DNA of 64,000 nucleotides, from positions 87,732,001 to 87,796,000 of the forward strand of contig OZ076409.1 in NCBI GenBank assembly GCA_964187785.1, written 5' to 3'. Numbering within the stretch: position 1 is the stretch's first letter; every line of letters begins with the position of its first letter. The translations under genes and the position numbers were made by a program. This document shows positions 39,901 through 53,321 of the stretch, piece by piece. A model generated the notes under the pieces. That model was not told the DNA's origin, did not search any database, and saw only the letters and a list, made by a program, of their open reading frames with translations. The stretch comes from Amphiscolops sp. MND2022. Its lineage: Eukaryota.

Positions 39901-42865
39901 CCATGCAAGGATCATGCAAGATCCTTGCATTTAATATATTTCTTGACAGGTCTTGCAAGTAAACGTATTCCTTGCAAGAATCTTACAAGGACACGTAATC
40001 CTTGCCAGGAATGCTTTTTACGCAAGGATCCTTGCAGAAATAGAATTTCCTCTCAACCAGAACAACTAAATGTAGTAACGAGTTTCTCAACAGCGGAAAA
40101 GTTTCTCAACATTTTAATCACAAGGTCTCTAAATATTCTCTGTTTTTTGCAAGAAAAACATTTTGCATGCTTTCATGTAGCCTAGAGAACTGAAAGTTCC
40201 TGTTGTTGCGACTGACTAGATTAGCGAGTGGACATGGTTTCCAAATTTGGTGTTCCCCTGGTTGAGAATGCTTGAACGTTTCATATGATGCAGGCTTGCA
40301 TGCATATTAAAATAAAATCTAGAAAATTCCGGTGGCAAATTTTGTAGAAGTGCGTTACAGTTTTGCAATAAAAATCGAAAGTTTTCTAACTTCGTTATTG
40401 ATAAGATGGCGTTGTTTCAACACTCTGGGTTTCTTATACACATCTGATGTGGCTTTAAGCAGATCGATAAAAGTTTAAGACAACAGGGACGAACTATTGC
40501 ATGAAAGTTTCCGTAAGGGTTTTGGTATCCTTCAACAGGTTGGAAGATCAAGCACTTTCAACTCGTATAAAAATCTGATTGGCAATTTCTAACTAATGTT
40601 TGAAATGTTATCAAAACAAAGGTTACGAAACAGAGTTTGTCTTATTGTCTTTTGTAATATGTTACGGTAATTTATGGATCAGCAACTAAATCGAATGTGA
40701 AAAAAAAAATCAAATCTGCTCAACGAAGAATTATTCGAGCAATCTTTTTCAAGAAAAAAATCGACTCTCTGCTAGAGATTTTAGAACGTAACAAAATTGT
40801 AACTGTTTTCAAACTCTTCATTGTAGAAAACGTAAAAGAACTTTTTCGATAACTACGGCAAAATGGAGAATAACAAAAAATTGATTGTGATATGCCTTCT
40901 CAAAACGCGTACTGTAGGTGGCGCAAAAAAGGTCTCTTCGCAACTGCGTACAGTAGAACAACTATTCAACGGAATTCTTTTAGTAATTTTCTAAGGAAAT
41001 ATTCCAATTAGCAGACAAAAGCCGGTTTGCTATCCTGCAACTTGAAGTAACTCAGTCGATTTCAAATTAAGGGTTTGATATCGAAAATAACTAGCGCTTT
41101 TATTGCTGATGAAAATCATCTGTTTTCGCTTTATTTCGAAAAATCTGAAACCTAACTTTGAAATAAGTGTAAATTTCCAAATTTCCTCACCATTATAGTT
41201 TTGAATATTTGTCGACGAATCTTAAGTATTGGATTAGTACATATTTCATTATCGCTAATTGGTTTTCTTCGGGCGGGGACTCGACGAGTTTCGATAAATT
41301 TTTCCCGTCCAGTTTGGATTGTTTTTTCCTCTTGAAGTGAAGGTTATTCTCCTTTCCAATCAAATGAACTTCTTTTCTTTCATTCATTTTACAGAAAGTT
41401 TAGTCCAAAAAAGCTTGTGAAATTTTTTTGAACATTAAATCACCTCAATGCAGGTACTTCTGTTCAGACTGATGACCTAATCAGAACAAAACAAATCATT
41501 CCTGCAAGAATTGAATAAGAAGTCTATGGTGGTTTAAAATAGTGCCCAGTTACAAAATACTTAGAACCAAACTATGACATTTTTTCAATGCTGACTGCAC
41601 TAACTTAAGAGCTAGCTCATCGAACCAATGATCAAATAAATGCTTTAATTTCCACATAGTCCTCAGAGTTCCCACAAAAAGCAACCCGCGGATAGTTTTC
41701 ATTTTCTCAATTTTTCTGACAATTGATTAGTAGTACCAAAAGTGTCGATTGAAACTTCTAAAAACTACTAGCGGTCATTATTTTTTAACGAAGAATCAAT
41801 CAAGGAGTAAAAACATGTTTGCATTAGTAGACACCTGATAACATTTTTTGACAATTCGATAATGCCAGAGCAAAAACTGGCGGAAAAATATTGTTGGTGC
41901 CTTGTTAGACAGGAAGAGTCATTTTAGATAAATAATGCGAACAAGGCCACGTTTATTGAGCACCCTTGGAATTAACTGGACTAAACCGGTTTGTCTATTT
42001 CAGGGCTACTTCCGTGATGGTTGTCATTTTCACTGCCCTCATCCTCTTGGCATGGCTACTTCTCAGCTGTTTTTCCAGATGGCACTTCCGCAAGAAGAGC
42101 AAGAACGTTGAAATCCCAGACCTCAACTATCATGGCACACCGATGGCGCACATAGACTCATCTGGTGGGTTATTTGTTGAGGGAATCCTGGTTGCCTCTA
42201 ATGGAGGGCCTAGACTCGAGAACGGAACTTTGGTTCTTCATGACTCAACAGGCAAACCTATACATCCAATTATGCTTGCCCCAAATAACCCAAACGGACG
42301 CTCAGTCACAGGATCTCCGTCAGCGACCGACCAAACCATGGAAGCCAGTCCGGAACATGTAAGTCTACACCGCACTGACTCAGCTTTATTGAGCCGGCAT
42401 TTGGGGTCAACGAAACAAAGAGACGAGGCCATTAAAGGAGGCGCATCATTGGGCACGAAGGTCAGCGCTCCAGGTCAGAACAATCAGTACACACCGAGCA
42501 CCACCCCGGAAATGGTGCAGTTTGACCCCACCGTGTCAGTGTCCATGGCTGCCCCGATGCCTCCTCCTCGGAATTATAACGTGAGCTATTCCGACCTTGG
42601 AAACAACAGCACCTTGCCTCCTCCTGCACCTGTTACCCCTGTCCCAATGCAACAGGGGATTCTGATCAAACAGAACAGCAACACAGTGCCTTCTTGCCCA
42701 ACCTCGATGCCTTCTAGTCCAAACTCGAACGCCGTTTTGACTCCCAAGTCTTACAGACGTCAGCAGATGATTCAGCCACCAGTTCTAGTTGGAATGACGT
42801 CACAGTTTGCCAACACTTCTGTCTTATCCAATGGTACTACTTCAAGTTCAATGTCTACAGTATGA
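30912..42865 (+). CDS. Host gene, coding exons 30912-31008, 31590-31785, 42004-42865; ~384-aa single-pass membrane protein with furin-like Cys-rich module and Pro/Ser-rich tail ending STV
   Basis: Splice phases 1 and 2 match (YYQ|DGF, HCY|MATSV); 1155 nt in total; CMYCDTECSGGCIGPSSADCVSCKN..CLTECP furin-like repeat; TM segment VMVVIFTALILLAWLLLSCF followed by RWHFRKK; start ATG in ACCATGG context (start position less certain). Confidence 0.75.
31871..31986. repeat. 116-bp palindrome (55-bp perfect arms)
   Basis: 31871-31925 is the exact reverse complement of 31932-31986; spacer CAATTA. Confidence 0.95.
31995..32084. repeat. 90-bp loopless palindrome (45-bp arms, one mismatch)
   Basis: GTTGCTTCTGG..TGTTT|AAACA..CCAGAAGCAAC, centre between 32039 and 32040. 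Confidence 0.95.
32268..32408 (+). mobile_element. Short Helentron-like family A variant
   Basis: TTTTAGTCGGCGC start; GCGCCGACT then AGACG-TTCG-CGTCT hairpin and TGTT end. Confidence 0.55.
32780..33700 (+). pseudogene. Decayed Tc1/mariner (Tc3-like) transposase
   Basis: FFADEKNFNLDGP, QAGGVGLMFW, ILQQNY, FNW and QNAWSML parallel the Tc1-family FSDEKKFNLDGP / GGGVMVW / FQQDN / NPIENLW motifs across frameshifts. Confidence 0.7.
36298..37740 (-). pseudogene. Gypsy integrase and C-terminal relic (family distinct from 2389-9287)
   Basis: ACPQC zinc-finger half, RTDPAKIF, GNGKIERLNRTINERL core, GKSPYE. Confidence 0.75.
39877..40060. mobile_element. Small MITE with TGGTTGAGA..TCTCAACCA ends and internal CTTGCAAG repeats
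   Basis: Terminal inverted motif; a similar internal motif array lies at ~54220-54400. Confidence 0.5.
40256..40590 (+). repeat. Dispersed repeat, related copy at ~61488-62010
   Basis: Shared CCC..GTTGAGA, ATGATGCAGGC and CTAGAAAATTCCGG blocks in the same order. Confidence 0.5.
40600..41150 (+). pseudogene. LINE RT 3' fragment
   Basis: KSAQRRIIRAIFFKKKIDSL..TVFKLFIVENVKELF parallels FIVEVVKDVFKQ in the LINE at 22670-22999. Confidence 0.55.
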
Positions 42866-45690
42866 AGGGAGTCTCTGTAATAATCAAACAAGTTTGTGAG
42901 ATAAATACTCGACTGATGTGGAATTCTAGAATTATGAAATTTTTGTACATGCAAATGGGTCTATTGTTTATTGAGGAAAATTAATTCAAGTATTTTCTAT
43001 CTTCGCATGTTTTATAACCTAGCACTTCTACCTTGACAGCTATTTTGCATGATTCGTTAGTTTTAGAAAGATGGAGGAAAAGAAAATTATTGAACCATCA
43101 ACGGTGTGATTCTCTCATTGACGAATTTGGTTAATTTCTTCATAGCTGGCACAGTTGGTTTGTTGTACCCAGCTAGGCGTAACTTACACGGTCCTGACTT
43201 TCCTCGCCTTCAACCTAATTTTCCTTAGTTAAAGAACCGTACTAGCTGGCTTTCAAAATAACCTCCAGGTATTAGCCATAGATGCCTGTTGACTTTAATT
43301 TCAAAAATATGACTAATTTGTAACAATGCCCTTGACGCAGTTGAAGTTTTGGAAATTATTAACTCAATTCATTGTTAAAAAGGCCTCTCAGCGTGTCAAG
43401 TGACTCATTTTCTGTTTTTGGTGATTTTAATAGAAATAATGTAACAATCTACACAACAACGAAACGAAGATTTTTGACCAGCAAGATTGCAATCAACACG
43501 TTTTTCCATATTCTTGTAGGAGACAAATGATTTGAAAGTAGAATATGCATAGTAGTATTAGTAAATGATTGGCATAGAAGATCAAGGCAGAAGATCATTG
43601 GTAAAAAGGCATAGAAACGTAGACTGTGCCTTGATCAAAAAGCGCAGTGGCACAGTGATATTTTCGTAGTGCAATTACACCTTTAGAAAAAAATCACCTC
43701 AATTCTTTGACAGAAAAGTATCAGAAAGTTTAAAACTATAAAAAAATCTCTACAGATTCTCTTCAAAAACTAAATACTAGTTCATGCAAATATGCATATT
43801 GAGATCCAAGGCAATACTTCCTTTGCCTTCGTCCTCGCAAAATCCAATACAAATCGGGAGAAACGTTAAAAGTTCGACTATTGCGCATTTTTTGTTACTT
43901 ACATGTGGTATACCAGAAAACTTACGTCCAAATTGAATAGGTATTGCATTTTCACTCTGGTCAGAGTCGCACCTCACACACCCAAAAAGGACATAAAATC
44001 CAAACAATTCAGACTTTCGAAGGGTTTTATGCAATTTTTGACAAAGTTTCGAGAAATTTCGTAGCTTAGAATGTTGAAAACGTTTGAACGGGAAAACATT
44101 CGGGCGTCCAAGTGGCTTTTTCGAAGGAATAAATCCATGTTTTCAATGAAAAATGCCTCAAAAGGAGATCGAAATTGAAAAAAAATTCGGAAAACTTCAG
44201 ATTTTCAACGTTTTTATGCATTTTTGGTCAAACATTCGATAGACCTGGTAGCTTAGAATGCTCAAAACGTTCGAATAGAAACCAATTCGTTGCCCGGGAG
44301 GCTTTTGTGCAGACATAAACGCAAAATGTTTTCTGAAATAGTGGCCCAAATTGCGACCGGAATCGAAAAAATTTCCGATTTTTGACCTTTTTATGCAATT
44401 TTTGTAAATTTTCAAGAGATTTCGAGGATCAGAACATTGGAAACGTTCAACAATTAATAAATCCGTGGTCCAATGGGGTTTTTCGAGGAGAAAATGCAGT
44501 TTTGTTGTAAAAGTTTGCTACAAAATGACCCCAAATTAGTAAAAAAAACACACACTTTTCGCCATTTTTGATTTTTCGCACTTCTGGTGAAAATTTCAAA
44601 GTTTCCATGAACAAGTACTCCAAACCGTTCAACGCCAATATGCTTTAATTTGTTACCAAAAACTTCAAAAAGTCTAAAAACATCCAGTTCATGTTGCTTT
44701 TCATGTTATTTCAGCTCAATTTTTGAACGTTTTTGTGGGTTCGAAGTTTTAAAAAATTCAAAGACGAACAGACTAGTTATGTAGTATCCTTACTGGATGA
44801 GAAAAGCCTTAAAATCCAAAATTTCCAGTTTTGCAAGTTGTTTATTTTGTCAATGTTCATTGACTTATACCAAACATTCCTAATTGAAACGTTCAAAACC
44901 TCGCAACTTTTTATTTATGAATGCATTCGTTTGACAAAAATCACAGTTTTATTTATATGTAAAAAAATTGTCAGGATCACTTAGAATAATAGAAACCCCC
45001 AAACTTTTCATGCTTCTGAAATTTTCATATATTTTTTTGTAAACAATTCGAGCAATTTCGTAATTCAACAAAAACTTAAGTTGTTATTCAGGAGGTGTTT
45101 TCGAAAAAAAAGTTCTTTTATAAATTAGTTATTTGAAGACGGGTTTTTCCAGAACATTGCTTCGGCATTTTTTGGTCTCTGTTCAGAATGAGTCTAAACT
45201 TCAAAGTTTTCAAGTTTTGAAATTTTAATACAATTTTTATAGGATGTTTAAAACATTTCCTGAGTTAGATTCGATTGCGGTTTCCAGTAAGAACTTTTTT
45301 TTAATATTTGCGGTTTCTTGTTCAAAAAAATTTTCAAACTGAACTCAAAGTTGTTGAAAAAATACAAATTGGTAGTCACACAGACCGACAACAAAACAAA
45401 TAGGTATTTAGTGCGTTCTTGATGTGTTTTCTTTTGAAGTGGGATAGCACTAATCGAACAATGTCAAAACTTTTGTTCATCAAACTCCAATCGTGCATTG
45501 GCTACTCTTGAGCCTCAAAAATGTGCCGTTGCTACAACACTTTGAACGGAAAATATCCTGCTGGTCAGTGGGCGTCTTGTTATTGTTTCAATTGAAAAAT
45601 TACAAAAGTTAGACATTGATCAGAGTCGCACCCTGTTCTCTTCCTCGCGAAACCTATAACATGTAGGATCCACCATCTGACAAAATTGCG

Positions 45691-46779
45691 TTTTTAGTCG
45701 GCGCTTTTCCATTAAGGGAAAAATGCCCGACTATAGCAGTGAGTGTTTTTTAGTCGGCGCCTTTTCCCTTAAGGAAAAAAGCCCGACTCTTACAGTGAGT
45801 AGTTTTTATTTTTTTAAATTTTTTTTCAGTTGACAATCTCACTCTGAGTGGTCCACTTTTCTTACAATTTTCATAAATTTTTGAAAATCTGTTGATAATG
45901 GCGCAAAAAATTGCAACGTCTTTTTACATCATCTGAAAAACTCCACGGTACCTAAGGGTACTCCCTTTGAGTACTTTTCGGCTCTGTGAGACTTTTTTTT
46001 CGAAAAAATTTCCCCAAAGGGCCCCCCTTCAATTTTTTGGAGTTTTCCGACAGAACGGATGTTGACAAATCCCAAATGGTCCCCCCTTTCAGTTTTTCGG
46101 CATTGTGAGACTTTTTTTCAAATTTGTTTTTCACCAAAAGTGCCCCTCATTCATTTTTTTATGATTTGCGACAGAATGGATGAACAATCTCAACGTGTCC
46201 CCTCTGGTGCGCCAATTCGGTTCAACTTTTGGCTTTTTCCGGTACCGTAGCAGAAAATACTTTGACACTTTGAAGTCCTTTTGCTGTTTTTGACCCTTAG
46301 ATATGGCGCCGACTTGGGCCGTTCCCGGCTTGTTTTTTTTTCAGACTACAATCCTCACACTGATCGGTCCATTTTTCTTACAATTCTTACAATCTTAAAA
46401 TCTTACAATTCTTACTTAGCAAATACTTTAAAAGCTTGCGAAGTAGTATTTTTACATCATCTGAGAAACGCAAAGGGACCAAAGGGTACTCTCTTAGAGT
46501 AGTTTCGGCTCTATGAGACTTTTTTTCGAAAAAAAAATTCCCTAAAGGGTCCCCCCTTTCAATTTTTTGGAGTTTTCCGACAGAACGGATGTTGAAAAGT
46601 CCCAAAGGGTCCCCCCTTTCAGATTTTTCGGCATTTTGAGACTTTTTTTCAAAATAATTTTTTCACCACCGGTTCAACTTTTGGGCTTTTCCGGTACCGT
46701 AGAAGAGAATACTTTGAAGTCCTTTTGCTATTTTTGAGCCTTAGATATGGCGCCGACTTGGTCCGTTCCCGGCTTGTTT
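45691..46779 (+). mobile_element. Helentron-like family A element with duplicated 5' end and tandemly duplicated 3' half
   Basis: Two TTTTAGTCGGCGC starts (~45691, ~45748) and two GCGCCGACTTGG(G/T)CCGTTCCCGGCTTGTT ends (~46333, ~46779); ~45840-46333 repeated as ~46355-46779. Confidence 0.65.
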
Positions 46780-49700
46780 CTGAAAGAAAAGAGACATTAT
46801 AACAGAACTATCATAGTTCATGAAAACGATGCAGTACTTCGAATCTAGTTAATTTCAATTTCTCGCCCTTGGGGAACTGATATGTGAAAAACTAGTAGAA
46901 AATATTGTACATTGTACAATGCTAAAAAATGATGAATTCTTTAGGCTCAAAATTTTCAATATGCTGAAAACATTCGAAAAAGCCAAGGAGCACACGATCT
47001 GATGAATTAGAATTTTTTCTTTTCTAAGTCATACACTGCCAAAATTACTTGAAAAGGTAGGCTCAAAATTTGCGCTTCTTTTTGTTTCCAAATTTCATTA
47101 AAATCAGAAACCAGTATTAGTAGACTTCACTTCTGGAATACCAAAAGGTTCGACATTGGTCCCGACATATTTTGCAAAGGCCGTTCATAGCCGTACTGAA
47201 ATTCTAGTGGACGTGAGGACTGCCAAGGTTTACTCCAGTTTTCGAAAAGTCTAAAAGTCTTACCAGACCTGCTGCCGTCAGCTATTGGCAAAACTGATGA
47301 TATTGATAATTTTATTCATTGCACTCTTGCCAATGATTATTTATATAGTACTTCAATTTTATTTAGTATACTTCAATTTATATAGTACTTCAATATAGTA
47401 CTTTCAATTGTTACCAGTCCTTCGGAATCATTGGCAGACTTTGAAATTGCAACTTTATCTTCATGTGTACGTTGTATGTAGCACATGTAGCATGTAGGTT
47501 GTATGTAACTCTCACCCTTTTACTGACAAAGCATTTTACGAATTGGATACAACGTCTACAGTTCCGATAAAACACATTTGGTTGTAATTTACGTTATATC
47601 CAAAAATGCGATTAATTAGTTCTATTTAAAATGAATGTAAAAGTTTTATCCAAAGCGGAATGAGATCATACCAGGGGCTGTCAAAAATAAATTGGAGAAA
47701 AATTAATTGCCCATGATTGCAATCAATTAATTGATTGCAGACTTCCTGCAATTGCAATTAATTGATTGCTAGATGCAATTAATTGCAATTAATTTTAATA
47801 CTTTTGATTTACTCGTTGTTATGTCAAATCACGTCAGTTAACGTTTATTTACTTTCATTTTCACTCAGTGCACCTACTGTGCATCATTCAGTGACCTACT
47901 ATGCTATTAAACGTATAATGTTTACATACTGTTTATTTGCATTCTAGATTGCGGACATGACTACTATTAAGGAGCTGTGCTTGAAATATTTCTCAGTTGA
48001 CAATGCAACAAAGTTTACATGGAAATGTCAGTGCGGGGCAGTTTTAATTCAAAAGAAGAACACTGGTTGGACAAATTTAGCAAATCATATCAAGTCACAA
48101 CTTGGAGAAGACCCCAAATCAGTTCCCACAGGTCAAGCCACTATCTCATTTGCGAAGTCGAAGAAGATAACAAGTAAAGGAAGCAACATTTACTGTTGCA
48201 TTACGATACATGTCCCGCAAAAGTGGAAAGTGATCACTTGGTGTAACTAGTTTTTTGGGTAAAATAGTCAATTACTGTAAGTTTGTCAAAGACTGTAGTA
48301 ATCCACTCGTGTAGTGGTGCAGCAAAGTGTTGTTTGAACGCGGTGAATTCCAGTCAAAATGCGTAGTTAGTAAATGGTGTAAAACAATCAAAAGTTGAAA
48401 GCTAATTTAGTAAGGTGTAAGTTAGTCAAAGTTTGATTAATATTCACTTTTAATGAATCTCCTTTTACAAAATTACCGAAAAGTGTAAATTTGTCAAAGT
48501 TTGACTAGTTTACGGCAATTTAATAATTACTTCAAACACATCATTCTACATTGAATAGTTGTTTGGCGTTTAATTACTTTGACTAAATTACAAAACAACT
48601 TTGACTGAATTACGCGATTAAACAATTACCGCATACGTACATTAACACATACATACATACAGTAAAGTTTGCATTGGATGGCGCATGCACGCAAAAGAAT
48701 TCTAGTCATTTAGTGTAACTAACTAATTATGTCAATTTAGAGTTTAATGATTTGAACTAACTGCTTACTGATCATGCCAGTAAGCAAAATGTTTAATCAT
48801 GAACTGGACCATGTGTTCATTTTGTGTGTTCATGGCATGGACTTGGAGGAAGCGAGTCTTTTGGCATAGAAAGTAGTCGCAATTCACGATAAACGAAATG
48901 ATAGAATTCACCAGAAAAGGTTGCCTACTCGGCAAAACATTATCGAGAAACTAATGACTTTTTCTAAAAATGACTTTTTTCTGGTGAAAGATGAATTGTA
49001 TCAGTTCATCATTTTAAAGACAATTTTGACCTAGAAACATTTTGACCTGTGATCAACCGGTCAACAGTCGTGGAGTCAGATAAAATCTTCGAAAACTATA
49101 GCTTGTGAGGGTCTGGTATTTCAAAATTACAAACAGAACACTGATCAAACCATTATCCTAGAGGGGACATTCGCTGAACACACTGATTATAGTTTGATTA
49201 AGGTATAGACTTAATCATACAAATAAAACAAATTTAAAGTGTTGCTATTAACAACTACCATGTTGAAGCCTTGTGAATTGGAACGTTTAGTTGAAGCACA
49301 AAATTAGCCGCATAATAAACTACCGAAACTTAAATAACATCAAGGTAAAAACAAAAAATGCCCAAAACTGAGTGCGGGCTGGTGTTAAGTGGTGATACGG
49401 TTCGTTCAACCAGTCAAAACAAGGATTAAAACAAGAGGATAAAACTAGGTAGAAATAAAGCAATGCATTATGAATAAAAATTGGACTCATCAAAAACAAG
49501 TCTGAAAGGGCCTATGTCAATCCCCTTTTGAGGCTTCCAAGCACGAAGGCTTCTCAATAAGCATAGGAACTAAGCCTCAAATGCTCCAGAAACGCGGAGT
49601 TTCAGAAAAGTTTAGGGGGCTATCTTATGGCTTTGAAAATAATCGAAGAACACGTTAAGAAAAGAACACACTGTCGAAACTGGGACTGCATCTTATTTTT

Positions 49701-51294
49701 AAAATAGGCTCCCTAGGCGCAAGAGACATCGGAAAATTGTCTAATGCACTAATGCTTGCAACCTCTGCATGAAATCACAGGCAAGCGTGAAAACGCTTGA
49801 GTTTTTTAGTCAGTAAAATCGTGTTTCAATTTCGAGGGAAGTGAAGAGAAAACTTACTGATAGAAAAACGGAAAATGCTTTTTAATTCCAGAATAGGATG
49901 AGTTTAAACTCATAATTCTTTGGTTCGCTTGCGAACTTCGAGGCACAAGTCATTTGAGAAATTTATATTAATTTTTCAATATTAATTTGGCTACGAAATG
50001 TACGAAGTCAGCTGCAGGGCATCGTTTTCAACGAATACTTATGAAGATTTTATAGAAACACCGTGAAACTTGAGTTTAACCGACAATAAAGTAAGGCAAT
50101 AAATTAATAGTGTCACTTCAATGATAAGGGAATTTTATCCCGATGGCTTTCCCCGAGACCTTATCATTGAATTGACTGATTAATTTATTGTCCAATTTAT
50201 TCGCGATTTTCGTTTAACTTCGTTCACGATGTTCGTTCACGAGTCGTTTAACTTTCATCGCGTTGGTTTTCATGAGATGCTTTTCCAGAACTCCAAAACA
50301 CGTCTCGAATCCACACGGAAAATATAATTCTGCCATACGTTACGATCCGTAAGGTCATCCATTGACTCACAATCTTTGTATTGTGGGATAATTGTCACGT
50401 TCCGAGGCCATTTTTCAACCATCATGAAAAGGTCACCATCGGCTTCTTATGAAATGACGACTTGTTTAAGGAAAATTTTGTCAAGGTAATTCAGATATTC
50501 TGTGAGAAGTCCGATGCATTCGAATATTCGCTAGAATTAGGGTAGAAAGACTATATATAGTCGCAAACTACAAAATTACCGTTCTAATAGATGATACAAG
50601 TTTCAACCTGTCTCCAGAGCATGCAACTACATGGGGGGAACTAAAGGTCAATTATAGAAATACAATTATTTTGATTTAAGGTATACATTTTTATTGCTCT
50701 AAAATACCCCTCAAAACTGAGCCCTATCAACCGACCGAGGTTCATCTCTTTGAAAAAAAATGGAATTGAAGAATGAGCAGAAATGAAGACAGGAGAAATG
50801 AAGAAAATTGGAAATGTGGCTGTTTATTCAAGCTTTATTTTGGAGCCTTTTCAATGTGGCACACGAAGTGATAGAATTTGCACTTGATAAAGAGTGGAAT
50901 TTGATTTGAAGTCCTACAAACTTGCATGCAATGGGCTGAGTACATTTTGAGCGAACACCAATGAAACTCACAGAAAGATGTGGTACATTTACGAGAATTG
51001 AGTCAAGAGTTAAGAATTGGGAAATTATGCACCTGAATTGTTACTAAAGAAACCATCATATTGATTTGAAATCTACAACAATAATCGAAACTTCGAAAAC
51101 AAAATTTCTGCACGAGTACAAATCAGGCGTTGCAAAGGTAGTGTATCAATTACAAGGGACAAATTGGTCATCTAAAACAAAATTTGACATCCAAATTCAA
51201 TCAAAATTAAAAGCTACAAGCAAACAGTTGGTATTGAACAGGCACTATCGACATAACCATTACAAACAACGAAACACGAATGCCATGTAAAAAA

Positions 51295-52347
51295 AACTAT
51301 TACGTTTCGGAGAGGGCTTGAAATAGTAGCCATTTTGCAATTCGAAGATGTTGGGCCTCCAGCTGCGACCGTTAAAGTACTACCAGTTGAAGAGCTGTTG
51401 GTGTTTTTGGAGTCCTGCAAGTCCTTTGAAGTTTGAGACACAACAGTGGCTTTGGTCGTTTTACTTCTGCTACTACCACCACCACTCATTGATGTAGTTA
51501 CTGAAGTTCCTTTACTTGTGTTGCCAGTCAAGTTTTGGCCTTTTCGGTTCTATCCTCCAGCGTATGTTGACGTCGAAGGACTTGTTGCCGGTGCTACTCA
51601 TCCAGGTACCTCGTTTCCGGAGTTGCTTTCTCCAAATGATGTAGTTTTTCCCTCAGCTTCAAAAACATAACTCAGTTGGTTGGAAGGATCTCAGCATAGT
51701 TAGAGGTCACTGATTTGCTTTTGACTTGACCCCACGATAAACCTTTGCATTCGGATGACTTATCAGGGCTACCATTGGCTCCCAATGAGGTCGCAGGTTG
51801 ATTGGAGGACGACTGTTTTCCAGTGGTTGCCAAAGGAGCTGACTTAGTGGAGATATTTTTTGTGGGACTTGGAATGTTCATTTGGTTACAACTATTAACG
51901 TTAGCTTGTGAGGAGCATGTGAATGAGAAGGAATAGTGTGTCATTTTGCTGCTGCTAATTGGGGTTATTGAAGAGAAACAGATGTTGCTGTGGAAAGATT
52001 CAACCGGGGACGAGAAGGTATTGTCATGTGCGCCTGGTGGAAGCCCCTAACCCTCCACCCCTGCGACACCCAATGCGGAGGCCCTCAATCGTTCATCAGA
52101 CGAGAGGTGGGGATTGGTGGGGCGAATGACACAACTACTAATACTACTAATCTTATCAGTGGGAGCTGCTGTACACCCTACCCTTAACCCTCCTGTCAGC
52201 ACCCCTGTACACGTGGAGGAGGAGAGTGTGGTTAGGAGGCCGGCAGCTGATGACGTGGCAGAGGTGCTGCTGTCGCCACAGTCTAGCAAGTCCGCGTACT
52301 CACTGTCTCCGTCCAAATCCTCGCGTCCAGAGCTGCTCTCTTTAAAC
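51295..52347 (-). pseudogene. Decayed Ser/Thr/Gly-rich ORF or exon inside the nested element
   Basis: ORFs 52047-52316 and 51672-51944 share a frame separated by one TAG; continues after a shift into 51214-51531; more GC-rich than flanks; AG before and GTAATA after. Confidence 0.55.
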
Positions 52348-53321
52348 TAATACATTTTCCCGAGTTTAGAAAAACTTGTGCACGCTTGATTTTGTCATCA
52401 TTCAATCAACCCTTCAACTCATCATTAGTCAAGTATTGCAAACAATTAGCGTCATAGCAGAAACCAGTTTAATAACATAATTTGAATTTAGAGAAAATCA
52501 AATACACCCAAACGAAACTCACCAGCAGTAGAAAACTATTGAACTTTATCATCAACAACTAAAATCTCCAAATAAAAACGTCTAGCATTGCGTTCAGATT
52601 TAATTTTCAGTTAGTATTTAGTTTTCATAACAGAAATGCAGCATTAGCTAGCAATTCAAACTAAATTCAAGTATGTTCAGCTTTGCCATCAGCTCCCTTA
52701 CTCATTTACTACGTTTTCTCTTTCATCACACTGAGGAACTAACATCAAGAAACGGTTCAATTAACCAGCAAGGTTGCACCAGAGCACTTTACTAATTTCT
52801 AACTGGTCCGTAAAAAAAGCTTTGGAACTAAGAACTTCGCACCAGCAGCCACTTCAAGTTTGATCAGAATATATCATAATTGAACGCGTTTAAAAATGGA
52901 TGTTAAAGCCTAGTTGGTTGCAGGCCGAAGGAACTCACATGTCTTCATTTCGCAATACAGGTCCCGGTCCACAAGTTTGCGGCCTGACTTTTAACTGAGT
53001 TAGCCCCATCTACTCGGAGCAATTTCTACGAGGATTTTTAGCGCGTCAAAAAAACAGCATCAAATGTCTAATACTTTAATCCAGCGACGCGCTCCGAGCA
53101 ATAGCGTGAATAAAGATGCTAATTAGTTACGGCGTGAAAAACCAACTTTAGGATGAATTTCTTCATTTCTTTTATTGACGTTTTTTCGACCATGTTTTAA
53201 AGAATTAAGATGTATATCAAATGGGATACGCCGGATTTGAAGAACATTCAATCAAATCAAGTCTACTCCAGCTTCTTGGCCAGGAAACCAATTCTTCTTA
53301 TAGACATTTCAGATAATTGTT

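Noticed and set aside
41966..42003. ORF start MELTGLNRF
   Set aside because: Intronic; the acceptor TTTCAG at 42003 is in phase with the upstream exon
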